Shown here: piece by piece, positions 17,317-26,450 of the stretch
Numbering within the stretch: the stretch's first letter is position 1
Layout of the letters: every line of letters starts with the position of its first letter
Assembly (NCBI GenBank): GCA_033762115.1
Contig: JANRLX010000103.1
Location: 18,387 to 82,386, forward strand
Reading direction: 5' to 3'
Length of the DNA: 64,000 bases
From: Verrucomicrobiota bacterium
GTDB lineage: Bacteria > Verrucomicrobiota > Verrucomicrobiia > Limisphaerales > SXQI01
Made by a program: the position numbers and the translations under genes
The notes under the pieces: model-generated
The model's input: the letters and a program-made list of their open reading frames with translations, nothing else
Told to the model about the DNA's origin: nothing
The model's database searches: none

Positions 17317-18402
17317 ATGGCCGAAAGTGTAGCCAGAGAGAAATTCGCCTGTCCGAGCTGCGGCGCTGACGCTCATTGGAACCCGCAACGGCATGCATTA
17401 GTCTGTTCCTATTGTGGAACAGTTGCGCCGGGCGAATATGGCAGCGGCGACGTGCGGGAGCTGGACCTGGTCACGGCGTTGCGGCAAATCCCGGAGGAGA
17501 AACGGGGTTGGAAAGCGGAAAAGAGATCGGTAAAATGCCAAAGTTGCCAGGCAATTTCCGTTGTTGATCCGGAGCGGGTGGCGCAACGCTGCGAATTCTG
17601 CGGTTCTGCCCAGATCATTCCCTATGACCAGATCAAAGCGCCGGTCTCACCGGAAAGCCTCCTGCCGTTGAAAGTGCCGGAAACGGTTGTCCGTGAAGAT
17701 TTACGCCGCTGGTATGGGAGCCGCTGGTTTGCCCCTTCGCGATTGAAAACAGACGCCGCCACCGACCAGATCAAGGGAATTTACCTGCCGTACTGGACCT
17801 TTGACGCCCAGGCCCAGGCTCATTGGAGTGCGGATTCCGGATATTATTATTACACAAGTGAAACCTACCGGGACGCCCAGGGGAACACCAGGACAAGACG
17901 GGTCCGACATGTCCGCTGGCAGGCGAGTTCCGGCTCGCTCAATCACTTTTTTGATGATGAGCTGGTTCCTGCAACCAAAGGGGTGGACATGACCCTTCTT
18001 CGGAAAGTTGAGCCTTTTCCCACGAAGGAACTGGTTCCTTTCAGCGCGGGGTTCATTGCCGGTTGGGTGGTGGAACAATACCAGATCGACCTTGTCGGCG
18101 CGGCACAGCACGCACGGCAGCAAATGGAATCCACCCTGCATGGACTTTGCGCAAAGCAGGTGCCGGGAGACACTTATCGCAACCTGTCGGTGCGGAGCCA
18201 GTTTGGGCAGCAAACCTTCAAGCATATCCTGCTTCCGGTCTGGCTGGTGAGTTATGTATATGGGGGCAGGACATTTCAGGTCATTGTCAATGGATATACC
18301 GGGACAATTGCCGGTAAACATCCGCTCAGCCCGTGGAAAATAGCGGCCTTGATTTTCGTTCTGCTGATTGCGGCTTTGCTCTTTCTGCTTTTCAACCGAT
18401 AG
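17317..18402 (+). CDS. Double zinc-ribbon protein with C-terminal TM anchor (YdjG-like partner of the SPFH protein)
   Basis: Two CxxC...CxxC ribbons, 'CPSCGADAHWNPQRHALVCSYCG' and 'CQSCQAISVVDPERVAQRCEFCG'. C-terminal 'IAALIFVLLIAALLFLLF'. It sits 24 nt downstream of the SPFH gene. Confidence 0.6.
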   Translation: MAESVAREKFACPSCGADAHWNPQRHALVCSYCGTVAPGEYGSGDVRELDLVTALRQIPEEKRGWKAEKRSVKCQSCQAISVVDPERVAQRCEFCGSAQIIPYDQIKAPVSPESLLPLKVPETVVREDLRRWYGSRWFAPSRLKTDAATDQIKGIYLPYWTFDAQAQAHWSADSGYYYYTSETYRDAQGNTRTRRVRHVRWQASSGSLNHFFDDELVPATKGVDMTLLRKVEPFPTKELVPFSAGFIAGWVVEQYQIDLVGAAQHARQQMESTLHGLCAKQVPGDTYRNLSVRSQFGQQTFKHILLPVWLVSYVYGGRTFQVIVNGYTGTIAGKHPLSPWKIAALIFVLLIAALLFLLFNR

Positions 18403-18533
18403 AGCAGATGAATGACGGTTGCCGGATGAAAAATCTGTAACGATTGAAAAGTTGTATCCAACTGGCATTCATTGTGCTAGGTTAGTTACATGTTAACCAA
18501 CAGTCATCCCCAACTGACAGGGGGAGGATTGAA

Positions 18534-18553
18534 GTTACAATTTCGTTACAATT
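18534..18553 (+). promoter_or_regulatory. Direct repeat GTTACAATT-tc-GTTACAATT (11-bp phasing) upstream of the VTC-domain operon; candidate operator and/or -10 elements
   Basis: Exact 9-nt copies at 18534-18542 and 18545-18553, 39-58 nt upstream of ATG 18592. Further GTTACA at 18485-18490 and inverted TGTAAC at 18436-18441. Each copy contains TACAAT. Confidence 0.4.
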
Positions 18554-18591
18554 ATTGAAATATCGGAAAAATGATGGGTTAAGGAACTGAG

Positions 18592-19440
18592 ATGTCCACT
18601 GATCGTCTCCAACTTCAACGGTTTGAGCTCAAGTATATCATTCCAGAAGAAACGGCTCTGGCAATCCGCAGCTTTGTTGGTTCCTACCTTGAAATTGATG
18701 AATTCGGGGCGACTCTCCCCAATCTTTCCTACCCTGTTCACAGCCTTTACCTGGATTCGGATGACCTGAGCACGTATCGCTCGACCATTAACGGGGACAA
18801 AAATCGATATAAACTTCGGCTTCGCTTTTACGATAATCGGCCGGAGGCGCCGGTTTTTTTTGAAATCAAACGGCGGGTAAACAATACCATTTCCAAGCAA
18901 CGCGGCGGAGTGCGCCGGGATTGTGTGGACAGCCTGCTGGCGGGGCAGTTGCCTGGACCGCAGCATCTGATTTCAAAAGATCCGAAACAATTGCTCGCCA
19001 TCCAGAATTTTTGCCGATTGATGATGGATATTCGTGCGACTCCCAAGGCCCATATTTTTTATTATCGCGAGGCCTGGATCAGCCGCCTGGATAATTCAGT
19101 GCGGGTGACGATGGACCGGCATGTGGCCTGTGATCCTGAACCGACATCCCGCCTTTCAACGGAGCTGGTGAACCCCGTAAAAGTGTTTGGGAACAAGGTG
19201 GTGCTCGAACTGAAATTTACAAATCGGTTCCCTGACTGGTTCAAGGAACTGACCCGGGTATTTGGGTTGATGCAATGCGGAGCAGCCAAGTATGCGGATG
19301 GGGTGGCCCTGGCGGGAGAGCATCGTATCCGTCAAGCCTTTGCTTATATGGGCGTGGTCGGAGAGAACTTGACGAACAGGGCCACTCGGCCACAAATAAC
19401 AGCAACACCTGCCCTGACCGAATTGCAGGCTCTTAAATAA
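18592..19440 (+). CDS. VTC-domain (polyphosphate polymerase catalytic-like, CYTH/TTM tunnel fold) protein
   Basis: 'LQRFELKYIIPEE', 'YPVHSLYLDSDDLSTY', 'NRYKLRLRFY....VFFEIKRR', 'VVLELKF' are the alternating beta-strand motifs typical of bacterial VTC-domain proteins. Confidence 0.75.
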   Translation: MSTDRLQLQRFELKYIIPEETALAIRSFVGSYLEIDEFGATLPNLSYPVHSLYLDSDDLSTYRSTINGDKNRYKLRLRFYDNRPEAPVFFEIKRRVNNTISKQRGGVRRDCVDSLLAGQLPGPQHLISKDPKQLLAIQNFCRLMMDIRATPKAHIFYYREAWISRLDNSVRVTMDRHVACDPEPTSRLSTELVNPVKVFGNKVVLELKFTNRFPDWFKELTRVFGLMQCGAAKYADGVALAGEHRIRQAFAYMGVVGENLTNRATRPQITATPALTELQALK

Positions 19441-19443
19441 TCG

Positions 19444-20130
19444 ATGAGCGACTGGTTATTTCGAGGGGATTTTGCCACTACCCCGGTGAATGTCCCGGCG
19501 ATGGTGCTGGGACTGCTGCTTGCTTTTCTGGGCGGCCACCTGATTGCCTGGGTTTACATGTTGACCCACTCCGGTCTTTCCTATTCCAAAAGCTTTGTCA
19601 ATTCCCTGATTGTGATTCCTGCGGTGGTTTCACTTGTGATGATGGTGCTCTCCAACAGCCTCGTGACTGCCTTCGGGTTGATGGCGGTTTTTGCGATTGT
19701 CCGTTTCCGGAACATTCTTCGGGATACGCTGGACACGACCTACATTCTCAGCGTGATTGTCATGGGAATGGCGGCCGGAACTTCCAAGTTTTCCACCGCT
19801 GTGGTGGGGTGCCTGTTTACCTGCCTGATCATGCTTTATTTGTGGTATTCCGGCTTCGGTTCGCGACATCGCTACGACATGATCATCAACCTGCATTGGT
19901 CGAGACCCTTGAATGATCTTCCCTACCTGAAAAACCTCCTGAACCGGCACAGCCTGAAAACGCTTTGCGCCAGCCAGCGCTCCAATGAAGGGTATGAAGG
20001 CACGGATATTTCCTATCGTTTGCTGTTGCGCGACCCTGACCGGATGGAAGACCTGCTGGGAGAACTGCGCAGCTTGCAGGGGGTTTCACGTGTCACAGGG
20101 TTGAAGGCGGAAGAGGAATCTGAAATCTAA
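19444..20130 (+). CDS. DUF4956 integral membrane protein
   Basis: Several TM helices and the family core 'AFGLMAVFAIVRFRNILRDTLDTTYILSVIVMGMAAG'. Starts 3 nt after the VTC gene. Confidence 0.75.
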   Translation: MSDWLFRGDFATTPVNVPAMVLGLLLAFLGGHLIAWVYMLTHSGLSYSKSFVNSLIVIPAVVSLVMMVLSNSLVTAFGLMAVFAIVRFRNILRDTLDTTYILSVIVMGMAAGTSKFSTAVVGCLFTCLIMLYLWYSGFGSRHRYDMIINLHWSRPLNDLPYLKNLLNRHSLKTLCASQRSNEGYEGTDISYRLLLRDPDRMEDLLGELRSLQGVSRVTGLKAEEESEI

Positions 20131-21227
20131 TGGAACCGTTACCTCCAATTCGCACGCCGGTCAAATCACGCTGGAGGGAGTTCCGTGTCCGGTTCCTGCC
20201 GGTGATTGTTTTTTCTGGTACGCTCGCCATCGCGATCTATCTATGGTCCATCAGCGTCAATCCCTCCACCCTTCTGGGTGAAGTTGAAATTGTTCAGTCG
20301 GAAATCATCAGCCCTGAATCGGCTGTGCTGACCAATCTGTTCGTGGAGCGTTACCAGGTGGTCAAAGCGGGAGAGGTACTGGCGGAACTGATCAGCACGG
20401 ATACCCGGGTGGCGGGGACGGAAATGAGCACGTTAAGGACCCGCCTTTCACTGCGCGATTTTCAAACCGGGGCCATCCTCAATCGGGAACGGACCGCCTT
20501 CGATTACAATGCGATGAAGGTCGAGTATCTCGCCCACAAGATCGACCTGGCTGATTATGAAGCGCAGCTAAGCATTGCCGATGCGCTGGTGGAGCGCTTG
20601 AAAAACGGCGTGGGCGACCAGGTGATTTCGCAAAATGAATATGCGCTGGAGTTGCAGCGGCGTGATGCCCTTCGCGCCCGCGCAGAGACCACCCGAAGCC
20701 TGCTGGAGGAAATGAACCTGCGGCTGCTTCCCTCCGCTTATGTGACCAACACCTTTTCCCTCGCCGCGGAGTTGCAGCTCGAAGATTTCATGCAGGACCT
20801 CAGGGAGGAGGAGGAGCGGCTCGATGACATTACCCACAGGAAAATTGTCCTTCGCGCACCGTATGATTGTGTGGTTGCCCGGATTCATCGACGCAATGGG
20901 GAAAATCTTATTGCCGGCGAGCCGATCATCACATTGAACGCCACCAAAGCGGAAAAAATCATCGGTTATCTCAGGCAACCGCTTCCGATCATTCCTGCCG
21001 AAGGGATGCAGGTTCAGATTCGTACACGGTCATTACAACGGACGGAGGTTGTTTCCTCCATTGCGCAGGTGGGAAGAACTTATGAAGTCATCACCAATCT
21101 TTCGCTGTTGCGCCCCGGTTTTTCACAGGAAGTCGGTTTGCCGATTGCCGTTCACGTTCCTGCCGCGCTTGCCACTTTGCTGCCGGGAGAAATCGTGGAA
21201 CTGACCCTCCATTCCGCCAGCCAGTAA
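20130..21227 (+). CDS. HlyD-family membrane-fusion (periplasmic adaptor) protein
   Basis: N-terminal TM 'FLPVIVFSGTLAIAIYLW'. Lipoyl-like 'VERYQVVKAGEVLAELIS'. Long coiled coil. 'IVLRAPYDCVVARIHRRNGENLIAGEPIITL'. The start overlaps the DUF4956 stop (TAATG). Confidence 0.7.
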   Translation: MEPLPPIRTPVKSRWREFRVRFLPVIVFSGTLAIAIYLWSISVNPSTLLGEVEIVQSEIISPESAVLTNLFVERYQVVKAGEVLAELISTDTRVAGTEMSTLRTRLSLRDFQTGAILNRERTAFDYNAMKVEYLAHKIDLADYEAQLSIADALVERLKNGVGDQVISQNEYALELQRRDALRARAETTRSLLEEMNLRLLPSAYVTNTFSLAAELQLEDFMQDLREEEERLDDITHRKIVLRAPYDCVVARIHRRNGENLIAGEPIITLNATKAEKIIGYLRQPLPIIPAEGMQVQIRTRSLQRTEVVSSIAQVGRTYEVITNLSLLRPGFSQEVGLPIAVHVPAALATLLPGEIVELTLHSASQ

Positions 21228-21235
21228 TCCACTGC

Positions 21236-22522
21236 TTACGCGGTTTCTGTGCGGTGCAATTTCTCCTCCTCTTTCAACAGGGCCTTTTCCCGTTCAAACA
21301 AAGTCGGATGCGAATAGTAAACCGCACTGTAAATCGGATGCGGGGTCAGGTTACTGAGGTTTTTCTCCGTCATTTTGCGGAGCGAGGTGATCAACGCGTG
21401 CGGGCCGTGGGTCATTCGGGAGGCGAAGGCATCCGCTTCGTACTCAAACCTCCTCGCGACAAAATTGCCGATTGGGGAAAAATAAAAAGTGATCGTCCCG
21501 CTGAGAAGGGTGAACAGGAGCAGGGCCGGGACAATGCTTCCCTGGGAGAAGCCGAAGGCGCGATAAAACCATTCCTGCTCCGCGAGCCAGGCCACCATGA
21601 AAAAACCGCCGAAACTCAGGATTGCGGAGCTGAACAACATTTTTGGAATGTGCCGTTTTTTGTAATGCCCGATTTCGTGAGCAAGGACTGCTTCAAGCTC
21701 AGCTTCATCCAGTTGTTGAACCAGCGTGTCAAACAGCACGATTTTTCTCCATTTGCTGAAGCCGGTGAAAAAAGCATTGGAGTGACGGCTTCGTTTGCTC
21801 CCATCCATCACGAGGATATTTTGCGCGTAGAAACCGGACCGTTCTCCAAGGGTCAGGAGCCGTTTCCGCAGCGAGCCTTCCTTCAATGGGATGAATTTGT
21901 TGAAGAGCGGCAGGATCAGGATTGGCGCGAGCACCATCATGATCAATTGAAACAGGAGCATTGCCGCCCAACCCCAGATCCACCAGTTTTGCCCGGTCCA
22001 CTCGACAATTTTTACCAGCAGCAGGAGCATCGGAATCCCGATCACCCCACCCAGCAACAGGGCCTTTGCCCGGTCGATCCACCAAAGTTTTTTGGTCATG
22101 GTGTTGAACCCAAAACGCTCTTCGATGATGAACTGGGAGTACCATTCCAGCGGCATGCCGAGCAGGCTGAAAAGCACGCCGATAACAAATAGATAAGAAG
22201 ATTGCACCAGCGCCCCTCGCCCGCCCTGTTCGATAAACCATTCGAACATTGCAGGCAGTAAACCGCTGAAAAGGACCAGTATCAGGATTGCGGCATTAAA
22301 GATAATCTCGAAGCTTTCAAACCTGCTTTTCGCCAGTGTATAGGCGACCGATTTTTCGTAAACCGCCGTGTCAAATTTTTCGGTCGAGACCCCGGAGGGA
22401 GGCGACTGACGCTGCCTGGAATATTTCCGGTTGATGGACTCCAGCCAAAGCTGGAGCGCCATTTTTCCAAGGACCAACAGCAGCGCACCGGCGCTCACAA
22501 ATTCCGGTGACGTGAGCTTCAT
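21236..22522 (-). CDS. M48-family zinc metalloprotease (Ste24/CAAX-protease type)
   Basis: Multi-TM N-terminal half, 'VLAHEIGHYKKRH' (HExxH) and downstream 'EYEADAFA'. Confidence 0.9.
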   Translation of the reverse strand: MKLTSPEFVSAGALLLVLGKMALQLWLESINRKYSRQRQSPPSGVSTEKFDTAVYEKSVAYTLAKSRFESFEIIFNAAILILVLFSGLLPAMFEWFIEQGGRGALVQSSYLFVIGVLFSLLGMPLEWYSQFIIEERFGFNTMTKKLWWIDRAKALLLGGVIGIPMLLLLVKIVEWTGQNWWIWGWAAMLLFQLIMMVLAPILILPLFNKFIPLKEGSLRKRLLTLGERSGFYAQNILVMDGSKRSRHSNAFFTGFSKWRKIVLFDTLVQQLDEAELEAVLAHEIGHYKKRHIPKMLFSSAILSFGGFFMVAWLAEQEWFYRAFGFSQGSIVPALLLFTLLSGTITFYFSPIGNFVARRFEYEADAFASRMTHGPHALITSLRKMTEKNLSNLTPHPIYSAVYYSHPTLFEREKALLKEEEKLHRTETA

Positions 22523-22535
22523 GGCTGCTGCGGGT

Positions 22536-23783
22536 TTAAAACTCGAATTTAGTGTCGCTCAATCGCCGGGCAATTTCTGCAAGCACGCGCGCTTCATCAT
22601 CCGCTCCTTTGGCAACAAACGTGACACTGAATCTCAGGTAATTTCCCGCATCATCCCACGGCACGGTGGAAATCAGTTTTTCCGTGATCAGCCATTGCGA
22701 CACTTCCTCCCCATTCTGGAACGGCACGCGCGTGCCATCCTGTTTGACTGCGGCTTTGGGCGCTTTGACATAGAGAAAAAATGAACCGTTCGGCTTCACC
22801 GCGTTGAACCCGGCATTACGGAGCACCTTCACCAGCGAGTCCATCCGCCGGGAATACTTGGCCGCGATTTTTTCCGTGATTTCAGGATGATCCAGGCAGT
22901 AGGCAGCAGCGTGCTGGATCGCGAGGAACTGGCCGGAATCGGTATTATCCTTTGCATCCCCGTACGCCTTGACCAGAAGTTCATTGCCCACCACGAAGCC
23001 GCAACGCCATCCGGTCATGTTAAAACTCTTGCTTGTGGAATGCAGTTCGATTCCCACTTCCTTTGCGCCCGGTGTGGCGAGGAAGCTGAGCGGTTTTCCC
23101 TTGAAAACCAGCGAGGCATAGGCTGCGTCATGAATCACCACGAGGTTGTTCTTTTGCGCGAAACGGACCACTTCCTGGAAAAATTCCGGGGAAGCGCTGG
23201 CTCCGGTTGGGTTGTTGGGATAATTGATCACCAACACTTTTGCCTTGGCGAGAATCTCGGCAGGGATCGATTTCAGATCGGGCAAAAAGCGGTTTTCGGC
23301 AGTGAGTGGAAGCTGATGGACAAGCCCGCCATAATACTTCGAATGTGTGCCAAAAACCGGGTAACCGGGCGTGGTCATGAGCACGTAATCGCCGGGATTG
23401 ATCAGCACCATCGGCAGGATGGAAAGCGCTGCCTTGCTCCCGATTGAATGCAGCACTTCAGTTTCAGGATTGATGCCGGGAACTCCACAGACTTTCTCCA
23501 TGTAACGGGCTGCGGCCTGTTTCAACACTGAATCGCCATTGTCCGCGTAGCCGCGATTTTCCGGTTTAAGTGCCTCCTGGTGAAGAACATTGATGACTTC
23601 CGGAAAAGCCATCTCATCCGGTTCACCCACTCCTATGTCGATAATTTCCGCGCTGGGGTTGGCAGCCAGGGCGGCGCGCTTGGCGCGTTTGATTTTTTCA
23701 AATTTATAAATCGCAGTGGATTTTCCGTAAAGACGGCCGCCAATCCGTTCGGCCAAAAGGCCTTGAATATATGAATCTGACAT
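22536..23783 (-). CDS. dapL: LL-diaminopimelate aminotransferase
   Basis: 'IYKFEKIKRAKRAA...IIDIGVGEPD', 'INYPNNPTG', 'STSKSFNMTGWRCGF' (PLP-Lys). Length 415 aa. Confidence 0.85.
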   Translation of the reverse strand: MSDSYIQGLLAERIGGRLYGKSTAIYKFEKIKRAKRAALAANPSAEIIDIGVGEPDEMAFPEVINVLHQEALKPENRGYADNGDSVLKQAAARYMEKVCGVPGINPETEVLHSIGSKAALSILPMVLINPGDYVLMTTPGYPVFGTHSKYYGGLVHQLPLTAENRFLPDLKSIPAEILAKAKVLVINYPNNPTGASASPEFFQEVVRFAQKNNLVVIHDAAYASLVFKGKPLSFLATPGAKEVGIELHSTSKSFNMTGWRCGFVVGNELLVKAYGDAKDNTDSGQFLAIQHAAAYCLDHPEITEKIAAKYSRRMDSLVKVLRNAGFNAVKPNGSFFLYVKAPKAAVKQDGTRVPFQNGEEVSQWLITEKLISTVPWDDAGNYLRFSVTFVAKGADDEARVLAEIARRLSDTKFEF

Positions 23784-24024
23784 ATAAAGCGGGCAGATTA
23801 GCTGCCGCCCGGAATCTTGCCAAATTTTTTGCGGAGAAATGTCGCCCCTCTAAAAAGAGGAAGCCGCCGCGAATATATCGGGCGGCTGCCATCCCAAACA
23901 ATAAACAAACAAACCTAGACTACAGCTGATATCGGCAGTTTTGGGAGAGGGTTTAGCTCGAAAAAGAGGGAGAACGCGCAGTTCGCCATTGCCTTTCAGT
24001 GAGCATGCAAGAAAATGGCTTCCT

Positions 24025-24819
24025 ATGGTCCAATACCTGGATTTGCTGCGTCTTGTCCTCGATCAGGGAAAGTTCAAAGAAGATCGCACGGGCACAGGCA
24101 CTTACGCTATTTTTGGCGCGCAGGCACGCTTTCCCTTATCAGACGGTTTTCCACTCCTGACCACGAAAAAAGTCCATCTCCGGTCCATCATCTATGAACT
24201 GCTCTGGTTTTTGCGGGGTGAGACCAATATCAAATATTTGAAGGAAAATGGGGTGACAATCTGGGATGAATGGGCGGATGCGGAGGGAAACCTGGGGCGG
24301 GTCTATGGAGCGCAATGGTGTGATTGGCGGACAGCGGATGGGCGGTCGATCAATCAGATCGACCGGGTGATTGAGCAGATCAAAACCAAACCCGATAGCC
24401 GCCGGTTAATTGTGAGTGCCTGGAATGTGGGTGAGATTGAACAAATGGCGTTGCCGCCGTGCCACGCGTTTTTCCAATTTTTTGTGCAGGAGGGAGAGCT
24501 AAGCTGCCAGTTGTATCAGCGCAGCGCCGACCTGTTCCTCGGGGTGCCGTTCAACATTGCGAGTTACGCGTTATTGACGATGATGGTGGCGCAGGTGACG
24601 AATCTGCGGCCCGGGACATTTGTGCATACGTTCGGGGACCTGCATCTTTACAGTAACCACCTGGAACAGGCGAAACTGCAATTGTCGCGCGAACCGCGCC
24701 CGCTTCCGCAAATGCGGCTGAATCCCTCGATCAAAAACATCCACGATTTCAAGTATGAGGATTTTGAACTGATGAATTACGATCCACATCCGGGAATCAA
24801 AGCACCGATTGCGGTTTAG
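24025..24819 (+). CDS. thyA: Thymidylate synthase
   Basis: '[26 protein letters not shown]', '[12 protein letters not shown]', '[21 protein letters not shown]'. Start set at ATG 24025, giving the canonical 264 aa. Confidence 0.95.
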   Translation: MVQYLDLLRLVLDQGKFKEDRTGTGTYAIFGAQARFPLSDGFPLLTTKKVHLRSIIYELLWFLRGETNIKYLKENGVTIWDEWADAEGNLGRVYGAQWCDWRTADGRSINQIDRVIEQIKTKPDSRRLIVSAWNVGEIEQMALPPCHAFFQFFVQEGELSCQLYQRSADLFLGVPFNIASYALLTMMVAQVTNLRPGTFVHTFGDLHLYSNHLEQAKLQLSREPRPLPQMRLNPSIKNIHDFKYEDFELMNYDPHPGIKAPIAV

Positions 24820-24837
24820 TTACGGTGCTGAGAAGCG

Positions 24838-25599
24838 ATGCCAATGATTGATCTTCAAACCATTGTGACGTGGTGCGACGGGGAGTTGCGGACGGCGGAG
24901 GTGACTGATTATCCGGGCGCGGTCAATGGGTTGCAGGTGGCGAATTCGGGCAAGGTCAGAAAAATCGCGGCGGCTGTGGATGGCACGTTGCGAACGGCGC
25001 AAATGGCCGTTGCGGACGGGGCCAGCCTGCTGCTGGTGCATCACGGTTTTTTCTGGGGCCAATCGCATCCCTGGACAGGGAAACGATATGAGTTGATCAA
25101 GCTGCTGACCGAACATGACCTGGCCGTTTACAGTTCACACCTGCCATTGGACGTCCATCCCAGATATGGCAACAACAGTCAGCTGGCGCGGGCGATGGGA
25201 TTCAAAAAACTGGCTCCCTTTTTTTTCGAGAAAGGACAACACTTGGGGATCCGCACGGAACTTTCCATTTCCCGCAAGGCCCTTGTGGAGCAGCTGGCCA
25301 AAGCCGTGGGGGGAGCGGTCAGGCTGGTTCCCGGCGGACCGGAAAAATGTCGAAAAATCGGGATTGTCACAGGCGGGGCGGGTGACAGTGTAAAGATCGC
25401 TGCCGCAGAAGGGGTGGATACATTCATCACAGGGGAAGGGCGGCATTGGACCTACGCGCTCGCAGAGGAATTGGGGATCAACCTTCTTTACGCCGGGCAT
25501 TATGCGACTGAGACTTTTGGGGTGAAGGCGTTGGGCGCGGAGTTATCGCGCCGGTTCAAACTGCCCTGGACATTCCTGGATCATCCCACCGGATTGTGA
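24838..25599 (+). CDS. Nif3-like dinuclear metal centre protein
   Basis: 'LLLVHHGFFWG', 'YSSHLPLD.HP..GNN', 'GHYATETFG'. Confidence 0.85.
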   Translation: MPMIDLQTIVTWCDGELRTAEVTDYPGAVNGLQVANSGKVRKIAAAVDGTLRTAQMAVADGASLLLVHHGFFWGQSHPWTGKRYELIKLLTEHDLAVYSSHLPLDVHPRYGNNSQLARAMGFKKLAPFFFEKGQHLGIRTELSISRKALVEQLAKAVGGAVRLVPGGPEKCRKIGIVTGGAGDSVKIAAAEGVDTFITGEGRHWTYALAEELGINLLYAGHYATETFGVKALGAELSRRFKLPWTFLDHPTGL

Positions 25600-26447
25600 C
25601 GATCCTGGAGATTATCAAGGCGAGCTCTGATTTTCTTGCCCGCAAAGGTGTGGATTCGCCACGGCTGCAAAGTGAATTGTTGCTTGCCCATGTCCTGGAA
25701 ATCCCCCGATTAAAGCTGTACCTGCAATTTGAGCGTGGGCTGGAGGAGCAGCAGATTTCCAGGATGCGGGAATTGGTCCGGCGACGGGGAAACCGGGAGC
25801 CTCTGCAACATCTGGTGGGGAGCGTTTCATTTTGTGGATATGAAATCGAAGTGAACCGGAGCGTGCTGATCCCGCGACCGGAAACGGAATTGCTGGCGGA
25901 GCAGGCATGGAAGTTCCTCAAGGGACTTGATGGCGCAACAACCCTGCTGGATTGGGGAACAGGAAGTGGATGCCTGCCCATTGCGATTCTTCTGAATGCG
26001 CCGGATGCAAGCGCGGTCGCGCTCGATATTTCAGCGGCGGCATTGGAGGTGGCGCAGCGAAACGTGGCGCGGCATGGCCTGCAGGGCCGGATTGAACTGT
26101 GGGAAAGCGACGGTTTCTCGGCAATCCCCGGCTTGATGCAGTTCGACCTGATCGTCTCCAACCCGCCATACATCCCAAGCCATGAAATTGATTCTCTCCA
26201 ACCGGAAGTGAAGGAGTTTGACCCCCGCCTGGCGTTGGACGGAAGCGTGGATGGATTGAAGCGTTACCGCGAATTGGCCGAACAGGGCAGGAGGTTCATG
26301 AAACCCGGTGGAAAAATCATGCTGGAACTGGGGGATGGGCAGGGAGAGGCGGTGCGGGAAATTTTTACGGGCCAAAACTGGATTGTGGAAACGATCCTCA
26401 ACGATTATTCTGACCGTCAACGCGTTTTCATCGGCAGGATTGGATAG
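25596..26447 (+). CDS. prmC: Release-factor glutamine N5-methyltransferase
   Basis: 'EPLQHLVG...F.G.EI.V...VLIPRPETE', 'DWGTGSGCL', 'FDLIVSNPPYIP'. GTGA start/stop overlap with nif3. Confidence 0.9.
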   Translation: MTILEIIKASSDFLARKGVDSPRLQSELLLAHVLEIPRLKLYLQFERGLEEQQISRMRELVRRRGNREPLQHLVGSVSFCGYEIEVNRSVLIPRPETELLAEQAWKFLKGLDGATTLLDWGTGSGCLPIAILLNAPDASAVALDISAAALEVAQRNVARHGLQGRIELWESDGFSAIPGLMQFDLIVSNPPYIPSHEIDSLQPEVKEFDPRLALDGSVDGLKRYRELAEQGRRFMKPGGKIMLELGDGQGEAVREIFTGQNWIVETILNDYSDRQRVFIGRIG

Positions 26448-26450
26448 ATC

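Noticed and set aside
21254-22192. 312-aa plus-strand ORF antisense to the M48 protease gene
   Set aside because: It is a shadow ORF. The minus-strand frame carries HExxH and the multi-TM pattern, and this frame has low-complexity composition.
23784-24024. Possible lysine riboswitch or attenuator in the 240-nt dapL leader (hairpin 23862-23887 followed on the minus strand by CCTCTTTTT)
   Set aside because: The U-run is separated from the stem, and I could not recognise the conserved L-box core or helices by eye. It is probably just divergent promoter space shared with thyA. A cmscan against Rfam would settle it.
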